From the IMG/VR virus record IMGVR_UViG_3300003937_000092, positions 1 to 64,000 of that record: a stretch of DNA of 64,000 bases; one strand, given 5' to 3'. The first letter of the stretch is position 1. The number at the start of each line of letters is the position of its first letter. The stretch is from an uncultured virus (IMG/VR IMGVR_UViG_3300003937_000092). Taxonomy: Duplodnaviria; Heunggongvirae; Uroviricota; Caudoviricetes. A program made the translations under genes and the position numbers. The notes under the pieces are model-generated. The model searched no databases. It was not told the origin of the DNA and saw nothing but the letters and a program-made list of their open reading frames with translations. Shown here in pieces: positions 38,566 through 48,166 of the stretch.

Positions 38566-38823
38566 TTATTGTGTTTTAGATTTTTGAATTGCGTACTCGG
38601 CTAAACTAATTTTTTGAACGTTACCAATTACCATTGAAGACCTTAATAAATCATATGGTATGTGAAGAAGAAAATCATTACCGTTTGATGTGGTTAAATC
38701 CTCTTTAAGTTCCAAACAAGAATGAACCATTTTAAGATATATTTTAAACTGTATATCATCATCAAAACTTTTTTCTTGAAGGATTCCAAACTTTGGGTGT
38801 TCTATTTTAATTGTCTTCATCAT
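38566..38823 (-). CDS. Hypothetical protein
   Basis: ORF in operon. Confidence 0.6.
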   Translation of the reverse strand: MMKTIKIEHPKFGILQEKSFDDDIQFKIYLKMVHSCLELKEDLTTSNGNDFLLHIPYDLLRSSMVIGNVQKISLAEYAIQKSKTQ

Positions 38824-38829
38824 ATACCT

Positions 38830-39090
38830 TTAGTCTTCATTAAAATTAATACCATATTTTTCATTCATAGTTTTTCTAAAGTCTTCACTAACTTTTTTCA
38901 AACCTTCATTGATTCCGTTTACACATAAATCACTATATGATTCTACTATATTCATGACAGAAACTTGTTCCATAGGTAAACATTTACTGTCCTCAGTAAA
39001 AATTACAGTGTCTTCACCAAATGATTCAATAGATTCAATAATGTGTGTTGAACCGATTTTATTATCTTTTATTTTATCTCCTTTTTTCAT
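38830..39090 (-). CDS. Hypothetical protein
   Basis: TATATTTG upstream; resembles 38026-38217. Confidence 0.6.
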   Translation of the reverse strand: MKKGDKIKDNKIGSTHIIESIESFGEDTVIFTEDSKCLPMEQVSVMNIVESYSDLCVNGINEGLKKVSEDFRKTMNEKYGINFNED

Positions 39091-39134
39091 ATTACAAATA
39101 TAATTAAATTTTTTGATTTAAACTAATATTATGT

Positions 39135-39365
39135 TTAAAAGTCTTCGTTAGTTAATGTTTTCATTTCCGTATTATTTGGTGGAGTTACAGATTCGGGTGT
39201 TGAACTAAAAACTAATGTTTTTAATAAGAACACAACTAAGATAATTCCAACTATCCAACCGCCAACCCTACCTGACGCGGCAAAGATATTTCCAATACCT
39301 TTTAGTAATTGTGAACCAAATGTTAAAACGAAACCGATAATGACTAATGTGATAATTCCTTCCAT
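39135..39365 (-). CDS. Hypothetical 2-TM protein
   Basis: Hydrophobic; TATATTTG upstream. Confidence 0.6.
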   Translation of the reverse strand: MEGIITLVIIGFVLTFGSQLLKGIGNIFAASGRVGGWIVGIILVVFLLKTLVFSSTPESVTPPNNTEMKTLTNEDF

Positions 39366-39428
39366 AATTTTATTTTTTTATTTATACAAATATAGTGAAT
39401 AATATTCACTTACACAAATTATTGAGCA

Positions 39429-39462
39429 TAAAAAAAACCTCAGTCGGTTAGAACTGAGGTTA
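39429..39462 (-). terminator. Intrinsic terminator of the large ncRNA
   Basis: Minus strand aacctcagtt-ctaacc-gactgaggtt followed by a U-tract. Confidence 0.85.
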
Positions 39463-39484
39463 AGGAAGATATATAATAGAGTAT

Positions 39485-40305
39485 AGAACGCTGAGATTAC
39501 ACGTTTATGGTGACTTGTCTTTAGTGAGATTACCCTATATCGGTTGCTCATGTATCCACTCTCGTTGCCGAAAGTATCAAGTCAGTGTCGGTTATTTGAG
39601 TGAACCACTCTTTTCGTTAACAACTACTCAACTACTACTTTACTCTGTCAAACCTTGCGAGTTCACTAAGGGACGGCCATCCCACCAGGTATTTGATAAT
39701 TGACATCAGGAGACTTGCGGTCTACCGATGACTTCGTTAGTCTATTGACTCGAAGTGTTAGACACCTTTCGTTGTCAACGCCCGAAGAACTTTTGCTCTC
39801 TTTTAGTTTTAGTAAAAGTAACGATGGAAATGAGAAAGATGTGCTTCGGGAGAAGTTTCGTTTCTTTTGAAAACAAAATGCTTCACACCTCTCTGTAAGT
39901 CTGTCAACTTACGGTACTTCAGGAATACGTTAACTTATCGTATCGGAATTCCTTTGTACTGGTACTCAGCCCTACAACACCTGACAGGGTGTGTCGAACC
40001 GTCACCTGTAGCTTTTCCTATTGATATCACTATCTCAACTCTGATATTCCACGGACTCAGAGTGGTCTCGTCCCTTTAGCAGTTGCCCTTAGGGTCTTGA
40101 CCGTAGCCACTTTGTTTAGTTGTCAGAGTAAACTCTGCGAATATTCACGATGTACTATTCTCGTTTCAATCCCTTTAGTCCCATTGCTGGGGTTATCTAA
40201 CGACGCTAAACCGCCGTCAAATGTCATACTTAACCGTTTAAGAAAAAGGGGTTAATCTTTTGTATTCCTTTCACAAACTGTGATGGTTAAGGTGACACTT
40301 ACTAA
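39485..40305 (-). ncRNA. Large structured non-coding RNA, GOLLD-like
   Basis: ~820 nt, raised GC, no ORF on transcribed strand, many hairpins with GCAA/GAAA loops, bounded by promoters, boxA and terminator; ends approximate. Confidence 0.75.
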
Positions 40306-40307
40306 TA

Positions 40308-40482
40308 TTTTCAAAGAACGTCTTCAGTACTCTTACTGAATTGTTTTACAAAACTACAACAAATTTTTTAATCTGTCAAACTTTTTTTTAAAAACTTTCT
40401 GATTTTCTGTTGGGTAAGATATAAATACTCCAATAAATCTCAAAAGTTATACAAATATACAAAAAAATTACTCTCAGACAAG
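40308..40482 (-). promoter_or_regulatory. Tandem promoters plus boxA-like antitermination site
   Basis: TTG-N19-TATATTTG (40481-40452), TATTTAT (40427-40421), TTTG-N20-TAGTTTTG (40380-40349), CGTTCTTTGAAAA (40320-40308). Confidence 0.75.
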
Positions 40483-40527
40483 CCCTTTAAGGGTTTTTTT
40501 GTGTTTTGTATTAAAATTATTGGATAT

Positions 40528-40752
40528 TTACCCTATAATTACTCCATTAGAATCAAAATACTTATCTAAAGCACTTAATCTATCGTCCGCGTCTACTAAC
40601 ATTACTAACGCCTCTTCAGCGTTTTTATAGAAGTCCCCTGTTGAGTGGTCTCCGATTCCTACTGCTTTACTACCAAGTAGTTCAAGTGATAATAATGCCT
40701 TTGCTTTATCTGCCTGTGCAGATGTTTTTAACATATTTACTAATTTGTTCAT
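40528..40752 (-). CDS. Hypothetical phage protein
   Basis: AVGIGDHS motif. Confidence 0.7.
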   Translation of the reverse strand: MNKLVNMLKTSAQADKAKALLSLELLGSKAVGIGDHSTGDFYKNAEEALVMLVDADDRLSALDKYFDSNGVIIG

Positions 40753-41156
40753 TTTAAAATTATTTTTATAAGTTTATTAAATTGTTTTGTCATTGGTTCG
40801 GGTAATTCATCTTTACCAAAATACCCACATTCCGTGTGTTCGTCCCCATCATAAGCGTTTTCTAAATCAGGAAACATCTCTTCTTCAACATCCATAAGGT
40901 AGGTATAAAACATACCTTTAACTTTACTTCCGTCTCTGTTATACCTTTTTATTACCGCGGCAAACTCTATGTCTCCTAACACAGGTAAATCAGTCTCTTC
41001 TATAAACTCTCTAATCGCAGCGTCTTTAGTTGGCTCATCTTCTTCCACACTACCTGCGGGACATGACCAAAAACCTGGTAGAGTTGTTTGTGAGTTTCTT
41101 TTACAAAGTAACACCTTATTATCACATCTTACGATTATTCCTGCGTATTTTTTCAT
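40749..41156 (-). CDS. Nudix hydrolase
   Basis: GSVEEDEPTKDAAIREFIEETD Nudix box. Confidence 0.9.
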   Translation of the reverse strand: MKKYAGIIVRCDNKVLLCKRNSQTTLPGFWSCPAGSVEEDEPTKDAAIREFIEETDLPVLGDIEFAAVIKRYNRDGSKVKGMFYTYLMDVEEEMFPDLENAYDGDEHTECGYFGKDELPEPMTKQFNKLIKIILK

Positions 41157-41183
41157 TATTAGTTTTATTGGATATTTATTAGT

Positions 41184-41540
41184 ATGAAAGTAATCATAGA
41201 AAATAATATTTTAAAAGTCAAAGTTTCTTCCACTAAAAAATCCATAACTGATGGAATGATGGGAAAAAGATTTGATGAGTCCTTTGATGGTATGTTATTT
41301 TTTATGCCTGAACGTACCGAACAAAGTTTTTGGATGTATAATTGTATTATACCATTAGACATTATTTTCATAGATGGAACAACAATAACTAAAATTCATT
41401 CTAACTGTCAACCATGTAATGATAAGAAAAATTGTGAATCATATCAAGGATTTGGTGATACAGTTTTAGAGGTCTTTGGTGGTTTTTGTGAAGAACAAGG
41501 CATAAAAAAAGGAGACATCGTCTCCTTATCTTTATTTTAA
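41184..41540 (+). CDS. DUF192 family protein
   Basis: GMM...DGMLF...SFWMYNCIIPLDIIFID...VLEVFGG. Confidence 0.85.
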   Translation: MKVIIENNILKVKVSSTKKSITDGMMGKRFDESFDGMLFFMPERTEQSFWMYNCIIPLDIIFIDGTTITKIHSNCQPCNDKKNCESYQGFGDTVLEVFGGFCEEQGIKKGDIVSLSLF

Positions 41541-41556
41541 AGTTGTCTTAATTGTT

Positions 41557-43935
41557 TTAAGCTATATCAAATTTTTGTAATTCTTCAATTGAGTGTTCTC
41601 TAGCTCTTCTCTTAGGACTTCCTGAATTAACATCAGCAAAATATAATGTAGACTCTTTAGGGTTACTAAACTCAGGTACACCTTTACTAATTAAGAATTT
41701 TACAGCAACTTCGGCAGCTGTTTTATCATCTAACATCTTATCAGGGTCACTAACGATATCAATACCAACTTTATTTCCATATTTTTGATAATTAGCTTTA
41801 CCCGTTAATTGGTTATAACCTCTACCAACGTATTTTGAACCATCATTTTTATTATTATTACCAATTCTACCATTATATACTAAATTAAAAAACTTATCAT
41901 AGTCTCTCTTTAAATCATTTAATTCTGAATCAGACATCTTTCTAGTTTTTGAAAATATTTTATTAATTCTACGATTAGATGTATTATGATAACCTCTTTC
42001 TTTTTTATTAATAAAATGAGTTTCTTTACCTATTACCGCTAACATACCAATTTGTGCGACTGGGTCTGTAATACCGTTCTCAATCATAGTATCAATTAAT
42101 CTTTGTATTCCTTTAGATGCTTTACCTGAGTACGTATGAGTTATCTTACCATCTAATGTAGTAAACTCCTTACTTGAATATGTATATTTTTCTATATCCT
42201 TATCTTCTATATTTTCATTTTTTAATTTATTATACATTAAATCTTTAGTTCCTGTAGAAAAAATCCCGTTTTCCTCTAATTTGTTGTCTCTCTTAAATTT
42301 ATTTAACGCTCTTTCTGTTTCGGGTCCGAATAACCCATCGACACCATACACCGGTAATTCATAACCTAATAAAGATAATCCAATCTGAAATGACTCAACA
42401 TCTTGTTTAAATCTCATATTTTTACGGTCACTTCTTTCGATGTCACCTTCAATATTGTTAATATTAACTAATAATTGATTACTATCAGCATCGACTAATT
42501 CAGCCTTGTCTGCTTGTTCATTTAATCCTTTTGATTCATTTATTTTTTCTTTAAGTTTTCTTACGAACTCTTTTTGAATCATCTTAACAAACTTAACATA
42601 TGGTGAATCACCTCTATCTTTACTATACTTGTACTTACCTTCAGGTTTTCTCTTACCTCTTCCGAAGTAATTTAACGCAGATATGTTTGTAATACATTTG
42701 TGTCCACCTGAGTTAGCTTGAATCATTTCCCATGCCGGTACACCTAACTTATCTAATATAGCCCACTCATCTTCAGTTAACTTAGTAGATGGTTTGTCCA
42801 TAATATCTTTTAATTTTTCCATATAGTCATCACCCCCATCCATTGAACGAACCTTATCACCATAAAAGGCTTCTAAATCCGCATTAGTGAAACCAACTGA
42901 CTCATCTCCAAATTGTTTATTACCTTCTGATATCCATTTGATAGTAGATAAAGGAATTATCTTTTCTCTTAATTGACTCTCCCATTTACTTAATACTTCT
43001 TGAGCTATATCACCTAAGTTAACACCTTTCAATTCTCTCTCACCTTTAAATGGGTTACATGACGCTTGTACTAACCCCATTGGCCAAGCGATTACTATAA
43101 AGTCAGCTTCAGGATTATTTTTAAATGGAGTATAACGGTCATAAGAACCTGGTTTAAACATTGAACCTCCTCCGTATTGTACTATAATTCCGTCATCAAC
43201 ATAAACTTTATCACTATCTTTTTGTTTCTGTACATAATCTTTTTGATTTAAAGCCATCTCTTCAGGTAACGCATACCCCTTTTCAGCAGCTAATCTATTA
43301 ATGTTTTGAAATATGTTTAATAGTGATGGTTGAGATGTCATTACTAAATCTTCCATAAAACCTGGTTTATTCTTATAAGCTAACATAAGTTTGTTAGTTG
43401 CTAAACCTAAGGCCATTTTATTTTTCTGTAATGACTTATCTTTTTGTAATTTAAATACAAAATTCATTATATCTTGTGGTTCTAACCCATACTTAGCAAA
43501 ATCTGCAGAATCGACTGTAGATATTAATCTAATATCATCGGCAGTAAAGATATCACTTGGTGACATTATTTGAGATAAAGTCTCAACATTTGAACGTGAC
43601 GACCTGAATGATGTTGATGTGTCGCCTTCCACACCTGTTTGACTATCATGATGGTCTGTATGTACAACAAACATCGGCTTTCCATGTGCGAAATCAACTA
43701 AAACCGGCATCGTATCACCTTTAGCATCTTGTTTCTTTACCGCAAATTCCTTATCACCGTATTGTATTATTTCAGAATCAACAACTTTAATTCCATTATT
43801 CTCTAAATAATTTTTCATAGCTAAGGCAGTCGTAACACCGTCTAAATCTTGATGAAAATATATTTTAGCTTTCTCATATCTCTTAGATAAATCGTTGATA
43901 TTTCTTAATCCTGATTCTTTAATTAATTTTTTCAT
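41557..43935 (-). CDS. DHH-like phosphoesterase + peptidoglycan-binding + GH19-like muramidase fusion
   Basis: HQDLDG, VDF, TDHH, SGGH; VDGLFGPETERALNKFK; YVGRGYNQLTGKANY. Confidence 0.8.
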   Translation of the reverse strand: MKKLIKESGLRNINDLSKRYEKAKIYFHQDLDGVTTALAMKNYLENNGIKVVDSEIIQYGDKEFAVKKQDAKGDTMPVLVDFAHGKPMFVVHTDHHDSQTGVEGDTSTSFRSSRSNVETLSQIMSPSDIFTADDIRLISTVDSADFAKYGLEPQDIMNFVFKLQKDKSLQKNKMALGLATNKLMLAYKNKPGFMEDLVMTSQPSLLNIFQNINRLAAEKGYALPEEMALNQKDYVQKQKDSDKVYVDDGIIVQYGGGSMFKPGSYDRYTPFKNNPEADFIVIAWPMGLVQASCNPFKGERELKGVNLGDIAQEVLSKWESQLREKIIPLSTIKWISEGNKQFGDESVGFTNADLEAFYGDKVRSMDGGDDYMEKLKDIMDKPSTKLTEDEWAILDKLGVPAWEMIQANSGGHKCITNISALNYFGRGKRKPEGKYKYSKDRGDSPYVKFVKMIQKEFVRKLKEKINESKGLNEQADKAELVDADSNQLLVNINNIEGDIERSDRKNMRFKQDVESFQIGLSLLGYELPVYGVDGLFGPETERALNKFKRDNKLEENGIFSTGTKDLMYNKLKNENIEDKDIEKYTYSSKEFTTLDGKITHTYSGKASKGIQRLIDTMIENGITDPVAQIGMLAVIGKETHFINKKERGYHNTSNRRINKIFSKTRKMSDSELNDLKRDYDKFFNLVYNGRIGNNNKNDGSKYVGRGYNQLTGKANYQKYGNKVGIDIVSDPDKMLDDKTAAEVAVKFLISKGVPEFSNPKESTLYFADVNSGSPKRRAREHSIEELQKFDIA

Positions 43936-44501
43936 GATATAAACATATTTTTTTCTTTTGTTCTTCTATTCTTAAGACCATCATTCGAGGACTTATATGA
44001 TAAAATACTTTCTGCCGCTTTTTTATTTTGACCAGATTTAACATATTGTATAAATCTTGACATTCTAACTGAATCACATCCAGTATTAAAAACTAATGAT
44101 ATTAACGAATCAAATTGTCCTTGAGTTAACATATACGTTTTTAATCCTTTATCTTTCCATTCCCCTAAAAATCTTCTAACGCAGTCGGCAGCCTCCGAAG
44201 CATCTTTATAAAGTAACTCTAACGCAGTTTTTTTATCTATCACTAAACCACGTTTTACATCACTACCAGTGTGTCCATAACCGATAGTTAAAACTCCACT
44301 TGTGTCTTTATAAGCCTTTAATACTGGCGCCTTTATGTTACCAATTGGTTTTTTGGGGTCACCTTCTTCAAATTTAATATGGTCCCAAAAGTTTTGACTG
44401 GCCTTCATTATCGTACCATCTTTTTTGTCAGAGTCACTTTCAATTAAATACATTTTACGTATTTGAGACTCTTCCGATTCATTTATAAATAACTTTGACA
44501 T
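43932..44501 (-). CDS. GH24 phage lysozyme with INESEE leader
   Basis: FEEG...AYKDTSGVLTIGYGHT...QFDSLISLVFNTG...GLKNRRTKE. Confidence 0.9.
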   Translation of the reverse strand: MSKLFINESEESQIRKMYLIESDSDKKDGTIMKASQNFWDHIKFEEGDPKKPIGNIKAPVLKAYKDTSGVLTIGYGHTGSDVKRGLVIDKKTALELLYKDASEAADCVRRFLGEWKDKGLKTYMLTQGQFDSLISLVFNTGCDSVRMSRFIQYVKSGQNKKAAESILSYKSSNDGLKNRRTKEKNMFIS

Positions 44502-44543
44502 AAAAACTTTTATTAATAAATATCTATAATAACAAAAAACCCC

Positions 44544-44714
44544 TCACTTTGTAGGGGTTTCACTCATTAATGATATTGAACATGCGATGATATTATCAAA
44601 CCACACTTTTTTAGGGTTACTTAGACTTCCTTTTTTAAATGTTTTTACATGACCATCAGTTGTTACTATAGTGATTGAGTCGTGGTTCTTAATACTAATT
44701 TCTCGTATGTTCAT
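44544..44714 (-). CDS. Hypothetical 56-aa protein (not in ORF track)
   Basis: MNIREISIKNHDSITIVTTDGHVKTF... Confidence 0.5.
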   Translation of the reverse strand: MNIREISIKNHDSITIVTTDGHVKTFKKGSLSNPKKVWFDNIIACSISLMSETPTK

Positions 44715-45573
44715 CTAAAACTAACTTCAACTGTTTTTGTTCAGTTTGATACTCTTTTAGTCTTTCTCTGGCAACTTCACAGTAATTTTTACTGATATCC
44801 ATACCAATCCAAGGTCTACCTAACATTTCCGCAGCTAAACAAGTAGTCCCACTTCCGTTGAATGGGTCCATAACTACATCTTCTTTATATGAAAGAATTT
44901 TAATCGCCCTATATGGTATATCCAATGAAAATGTCGCCTTTGTTTTTTGTCTTGTATCCGCAAAATAATTCCACTGACCAAAGACTAAAGACATAAAATC
45001 TTTTTTATCTTTATCCTCATAGACTAACTTCTTTCTAAACTCACCTTCAATTTTTTCATTAGGAACCATTTGAAACTCACCTTTCCATTGAGGGGTTCCT
45101 TTAATATCTTTCTTATGTTTTTTCTTATAAGCAAGAATCACACACTCCTTAGGATTATAGATATATGGTGAAGACGGGCTCATCCAACTACCCCAAGCAG
45201 TTGTTTTTGAACGATGTGGGGAATCTTCTTCTAAATCTACAATACCAAAGAAACCAAACCCAATCTCTTTCATTATCATCCAAAATTCAGCAGAAAAATA
45301 TATTCTACCACCTTTTTTTTGTCTGTTAATTTCGTAAGGAATGTTTAGTGCTATACGACCATCGTCTTTAAGTACTCGATAAGTCTCTCTTAACCATTCT
45401 CTTGTAAATTTCCAGTACTCGGCTATTTCTTTATCATCATCCCAACTATCATAATCAATACCAACACCATAAGGTGGACTAGTAACAACTAAGTCTACAG
45501 TTTTTTCGGACATCTCCGACATAAGTTTACGGCCATCACCGCAATAAATTTTATTCTTCTCCATTTTGTTCAA
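44695..45573 (-). CDS. Amino DNA methyltransferase (N4-C/N6-A, beta class), orphan
   Basis: VTSPPY N-terminal, DPFNGSGTT C-terminal. Confidence 0.92.
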   Translation of the reverse strand: MNKMEKNKIYCGDGRKLMSEMSEKTVDLVVTSPPYGVGIDYDSWDDDKEIAEYWKFTREWLRETYRVLKDDGRIALNIPYEINRQKKGGRIYFSAEFWMIMKEIGFGFFGIVDLEEDSPHRSKTTAWGSWMSPSSPYIYNPKECVILAYKKKHKKDIKGTPQWKGEFQMVPNEKIEGEFRKKLVYEDKDKKDFMSLVFGQWNYFADTRQKTKATFSLDIPYRAIKILSYKEDVVMDPFNGSGTTCLAAEMLGRPWIGMDISKNYCEVARERLKEYQTEQKQLKLVLDEHTRN

Positions 45574-45787
45574 TTGTTTTAATTCTTCTATCTAAATAAA
45601 ATAACGCTTTTTTTAAATCTTGTACAGGTGGGTTGTCATCTTTTTTTCCACTTCTAACTATATACTTTAATACGTTAAATAGATATGCATCTTCATCTAA
45701 CCCTGTAGCTTCTGCTATTTTTATAACCTCATATGGGTTATCTTCACCACCATAATGGTCAGGGTGTGATACTAATTCTTTACTCAT
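45551..45787 (-). CDS. DUF3310-like protein
   Basis: VSHPDHY...NVLKYIVRSGKK...DLKKALFYL. Confidence 0.85.
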   Translation of the reverse strand: MSKELVSHPDHYGGEDNPYEVIKIAEATGLDEDAYLFNVLKYIVRSGKKDDNPPVQDLKKALFYLDRRIKTIEQNGEE

Positions 45788-45995
45788 TACCTTTAGCTTT
45801 TAAAACATAATAGTCATCAGCGTGTTTACTAACCTCTATTAAGTCTCTATTAATTAATTGTTTTAAAATTATTCTAGTTTTTTCTGTAGACTCACATAAA
45901 ATATAATCCGATATGTAATTGATATGAATAGGTACCCTAAGTTTACCTGTTAACATATTCATACGTTCTGTTGGTATTTCAAATTTTTCACTCAT
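45780..45995 (-). CDS. Small winged-helix-like hypothetical protein
   Basis: ILKQLINRDLIE...YYVL. Confidence 0.55.
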   Translation of the reverse strand: MSEKFEIPTERMNMLTGKLRVPIHINYISDYILCESTEKTRIILKQLINRDLIEVSKHADDYYVLKAKGNE

Positions 45996-46006
45996 AGTAT
46001 TATCAT

Positions 46007-46969
46007 TTAATTATTAATTTTCCATTTATTGTAAGGTATCATACTATAAGGATGTCTTTCAAAAAAACTTTCATGAATAAAAGTATACTCATTTTCTTGT
46101 TTTTTATCAAGATACGCACCCCAAAATGATAACGTTGAATTTGATAATATGTGTTTATCACACATACTCATCATATGAACCGCAATATACGGGTCTTCAT
46201 CAATATAAACAAACTTTTCCTTAGGAAACCCTAATTTGTTTACGAAATTTTTGGCAGATTCTAAATTATCTGAAAACACAAGTACTTTATGTCCCTCACT
46301 CTCATTATTTAAAATTTTAATAACCCATTCTTCAGGTATTAATTTTATATCAAAAAAATTATCTTGTCTACCTCCACCCATTCTTAGATGTAAGGATATA
46401 CTATTTTTAAATAAACTACCATAATTGTATTCAATATAATTTGTTATATTTTCATCAGGTTCGAATATTTCTAAAATATAATCCCTCTCGTGATGCCAAT
46501 ACAATTTATTAAAAAAGTAACCCTGAAATAGGTAAGGTGGTTTTACTTTTTGTTTTAAATCGTAGTACACTCCACCTTCACCAGTATCTATATCCCACCC
46601 TAAACTTTGGTCAAACCACCATTCAAAGGCATTAGGTCTACTATCGAACCACGGTAATTTAGGGTAAACATCACCAAATGATATATGTGGGTCTTTTAAT
46701 ATGTGTCCACCCCATGGGTCAAAATGTATATTTCTACCATTTCGATTAAGATGTTTATTAAATTTAGAACTCTCTGATTGATGTGTAGTCCAATAACCAA
46801 CAATTGGGTCATAACCCATTTCTTTAGCGTAGACCATTAAGGTTGCTGTCTGAAACATCATATTACCCAAACCACCCGCTAAAAGAACTGATACAGTTTT
46901 ATCTGTAATATTAACGTCTATAGGGTTTTGAAGTTTCATTAGTTTTGAGGTTTTTTTATTAAGACCCAT
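46007..46969 (-). CDS. GT11 alpha-1,2-fucosyltransferase-like glycosyltransferase
   Basis: GGLGNMMFQ, SLHLRMG, VFSDN, SNSTLSFWGAYL; true start may be an internal Met. Confidence 0.85.
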   Translation of the reverse strand: MGLNKKTSKLMKLQNPIDVNITDKTVSVLLAGGLGNMMFQTATLMVYAKEMGYDPIVGYWTTHQSESSKFNKHLNRNGRNIHFDPWGGHILKDPHISFGDVYPKLPWFDSRPNAFEWWFDQSLGWDIDTGEGGVYYDLKQKVKPPYLFQGYFFNKLYWHHERDYILEIFEPDENITNYIEYNYGSLFKNSISLHLRMGGGRQDNFFDIKLIPEEWVIKILNNESEGHKVLVFSDNLESAKNFVNKLGFPKEKFVYIDEDPYIAVHMMSMCDKHILSNSTLSFWGAYLDKKQENEYTFIHESFFERHPYSMIPYNKWKINN

Positions 46970-47361
46970 TTATGTTCAGAATTTAGTTCAACACTTAGAA
47001 CAAATTCTTGATTCCACATTTCAGGTTCTATTAATGATAAGAAATATTTTCCATCATCTCCATAATAAAGATAATAAATATGACCTATTATCGGCTCAAA
47101 AGAAAATTTAGACTCATACACTATTTGATTTAATTTAACTTCATCAACTAAATTATTATATTCATCTACTAATTCTTGGTATTTTTTATTGAATTTTTTC
47201 TGTATCTTTTGTACATTCCTTTGTTTGTAGGATGAAATATCTTCTATTTTAATAACGGGCGCCGATACGCTACTCCCATAAGGTAATATATTTGCGTTAT
47301 ATTTTTGAGTTTCTTCGTCCCATACAATATGGTCAGGTTTTTTAAGTTTAATGTTACTCAT
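46939..47361 (-). CDS. DUF2452-like protein
   Basis: LPYGSSVSAPVI...FSFEPIIGHIYYLY...FLSLIEPEMW. Confidence 0.75.
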   Translation of the reverse strand: MSNIKLKKPDHIVWDEETQKYNANILPYGSSVSAPVIKIEDISSYKQRNVQKIQKKFNKKYQELVDEYNNLVDEVKLNQIVYESKFSFEPIIGHIYYLYYGDDGKYFLSLIEPEMWNQEFVLSVELNSEHKWVLIKKPQN

Positions 47362-47362
47362 C

Positions 47363-48166
47363 TTAGGACTTTAATTCTTGAATTTTAATTGTTTGAAAAA
47401 TATAGTTCATAACCTTTCTCTTAGCTATAGATAAAATAGAACCTTCTAACGGAAATTTTTCTTCATACCTAACCCTAAAAATAGGATATGAATCTTCTAT
47501 CTGTTTTAAAAACTTTTCTGATTTTTTTTCATTGAAAATAATAGCTTTACTTCTAATTAAATTAATTAGACTTTTTTTATCGGTTACGTCTATCACGTCA
47601 CCTTTATAAATTAAATCTACTTTACATTTATTTTCATTAGTTGTTTTAGTGTAGGTATTAATTCTATATTGATAAACATGTAATAACTCATCATACACAA
47701 TATAAAAAAACCCTATACCTGGTTTAGTATTTGTTTTTTTAAGGTCATTAAAGACAATTCGTATTGAAACATTATCATATAGTAATGTCCATATAGACTT
47801 ACCTATTAAAAATAAATCCGTTAATCTACTCTGAGAAAACTTTATAATCTTTGATATTTCTTCTTTAGTTTCTTTACTATGTCTTAAATTATTATACACC
47901 AAGTCGTCTAATAATATTTCATCATCAATATCGTCTGGTTCCCTATTAAGTGTAATATATCTAGAACGGTCCTTAATTGAACCAACGTTAGCTAAATGTA
48001 ACGACAATTCTTGGAAGGATGGGTATAACTTAAATTCATCAAAGTCCTTATCAACTTTGGTAATATAGTCCATTAGAACATATTGTTTATGCTCTAAATC
48101 TATAGGTTCTTGTAAAATCCAATTGGTATCTAATCTCATATTCTCTTTAGTCTTCCTTTTTCCCAA
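47363..48166 (-). CDS. Hypothetical protein
   Basis: WILQEPIDLEHKQYVLMDY; likely start ~48139. Confidence 0.7.
   Translation of the reverse strand: MGKRKTKENMRLDTNWILQEPIDLEHKQYVLMDYITKVDKDFDEFKLYPSFQELSLHLANVGSIKDRSRYITLNREPDDIDDEILLDDLVYNNLRHSKETKEEISKIIKFSQSRLTDLFLIGKSIWTLLYDNVSIRIVFNDLKKTNTKPGIGFFYIVYDELLHVYQYRINTYTKTTNENKCKVDLIYKGDVIDVTDKKSLINLIRSKAIIFNEKKSEKFLKQIEDSYPIFRVRYEEKFPLEGSILSIAKRKVMNYIFQTIKIQELKS

Noticed and set aside
39515..40079. Plus-strand ORFs 39515-39703 and 39867-40079
   Set aside because: TTG starts, atypical composition, antisense to the structured RNA
39485..40305. ncRNA as rRNA fragment, tRNA cluster, tmRNA or intron
   Set aside because: No universal rRNA motifs, cloverleafs or tRNA-like ends recognised, and no interrupted gene flanks it; judged by eye only
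44695..45573. Restriction-modification system
   Set aside because: No adjacent endonuclease; orphan methyltransferases are common in large phages
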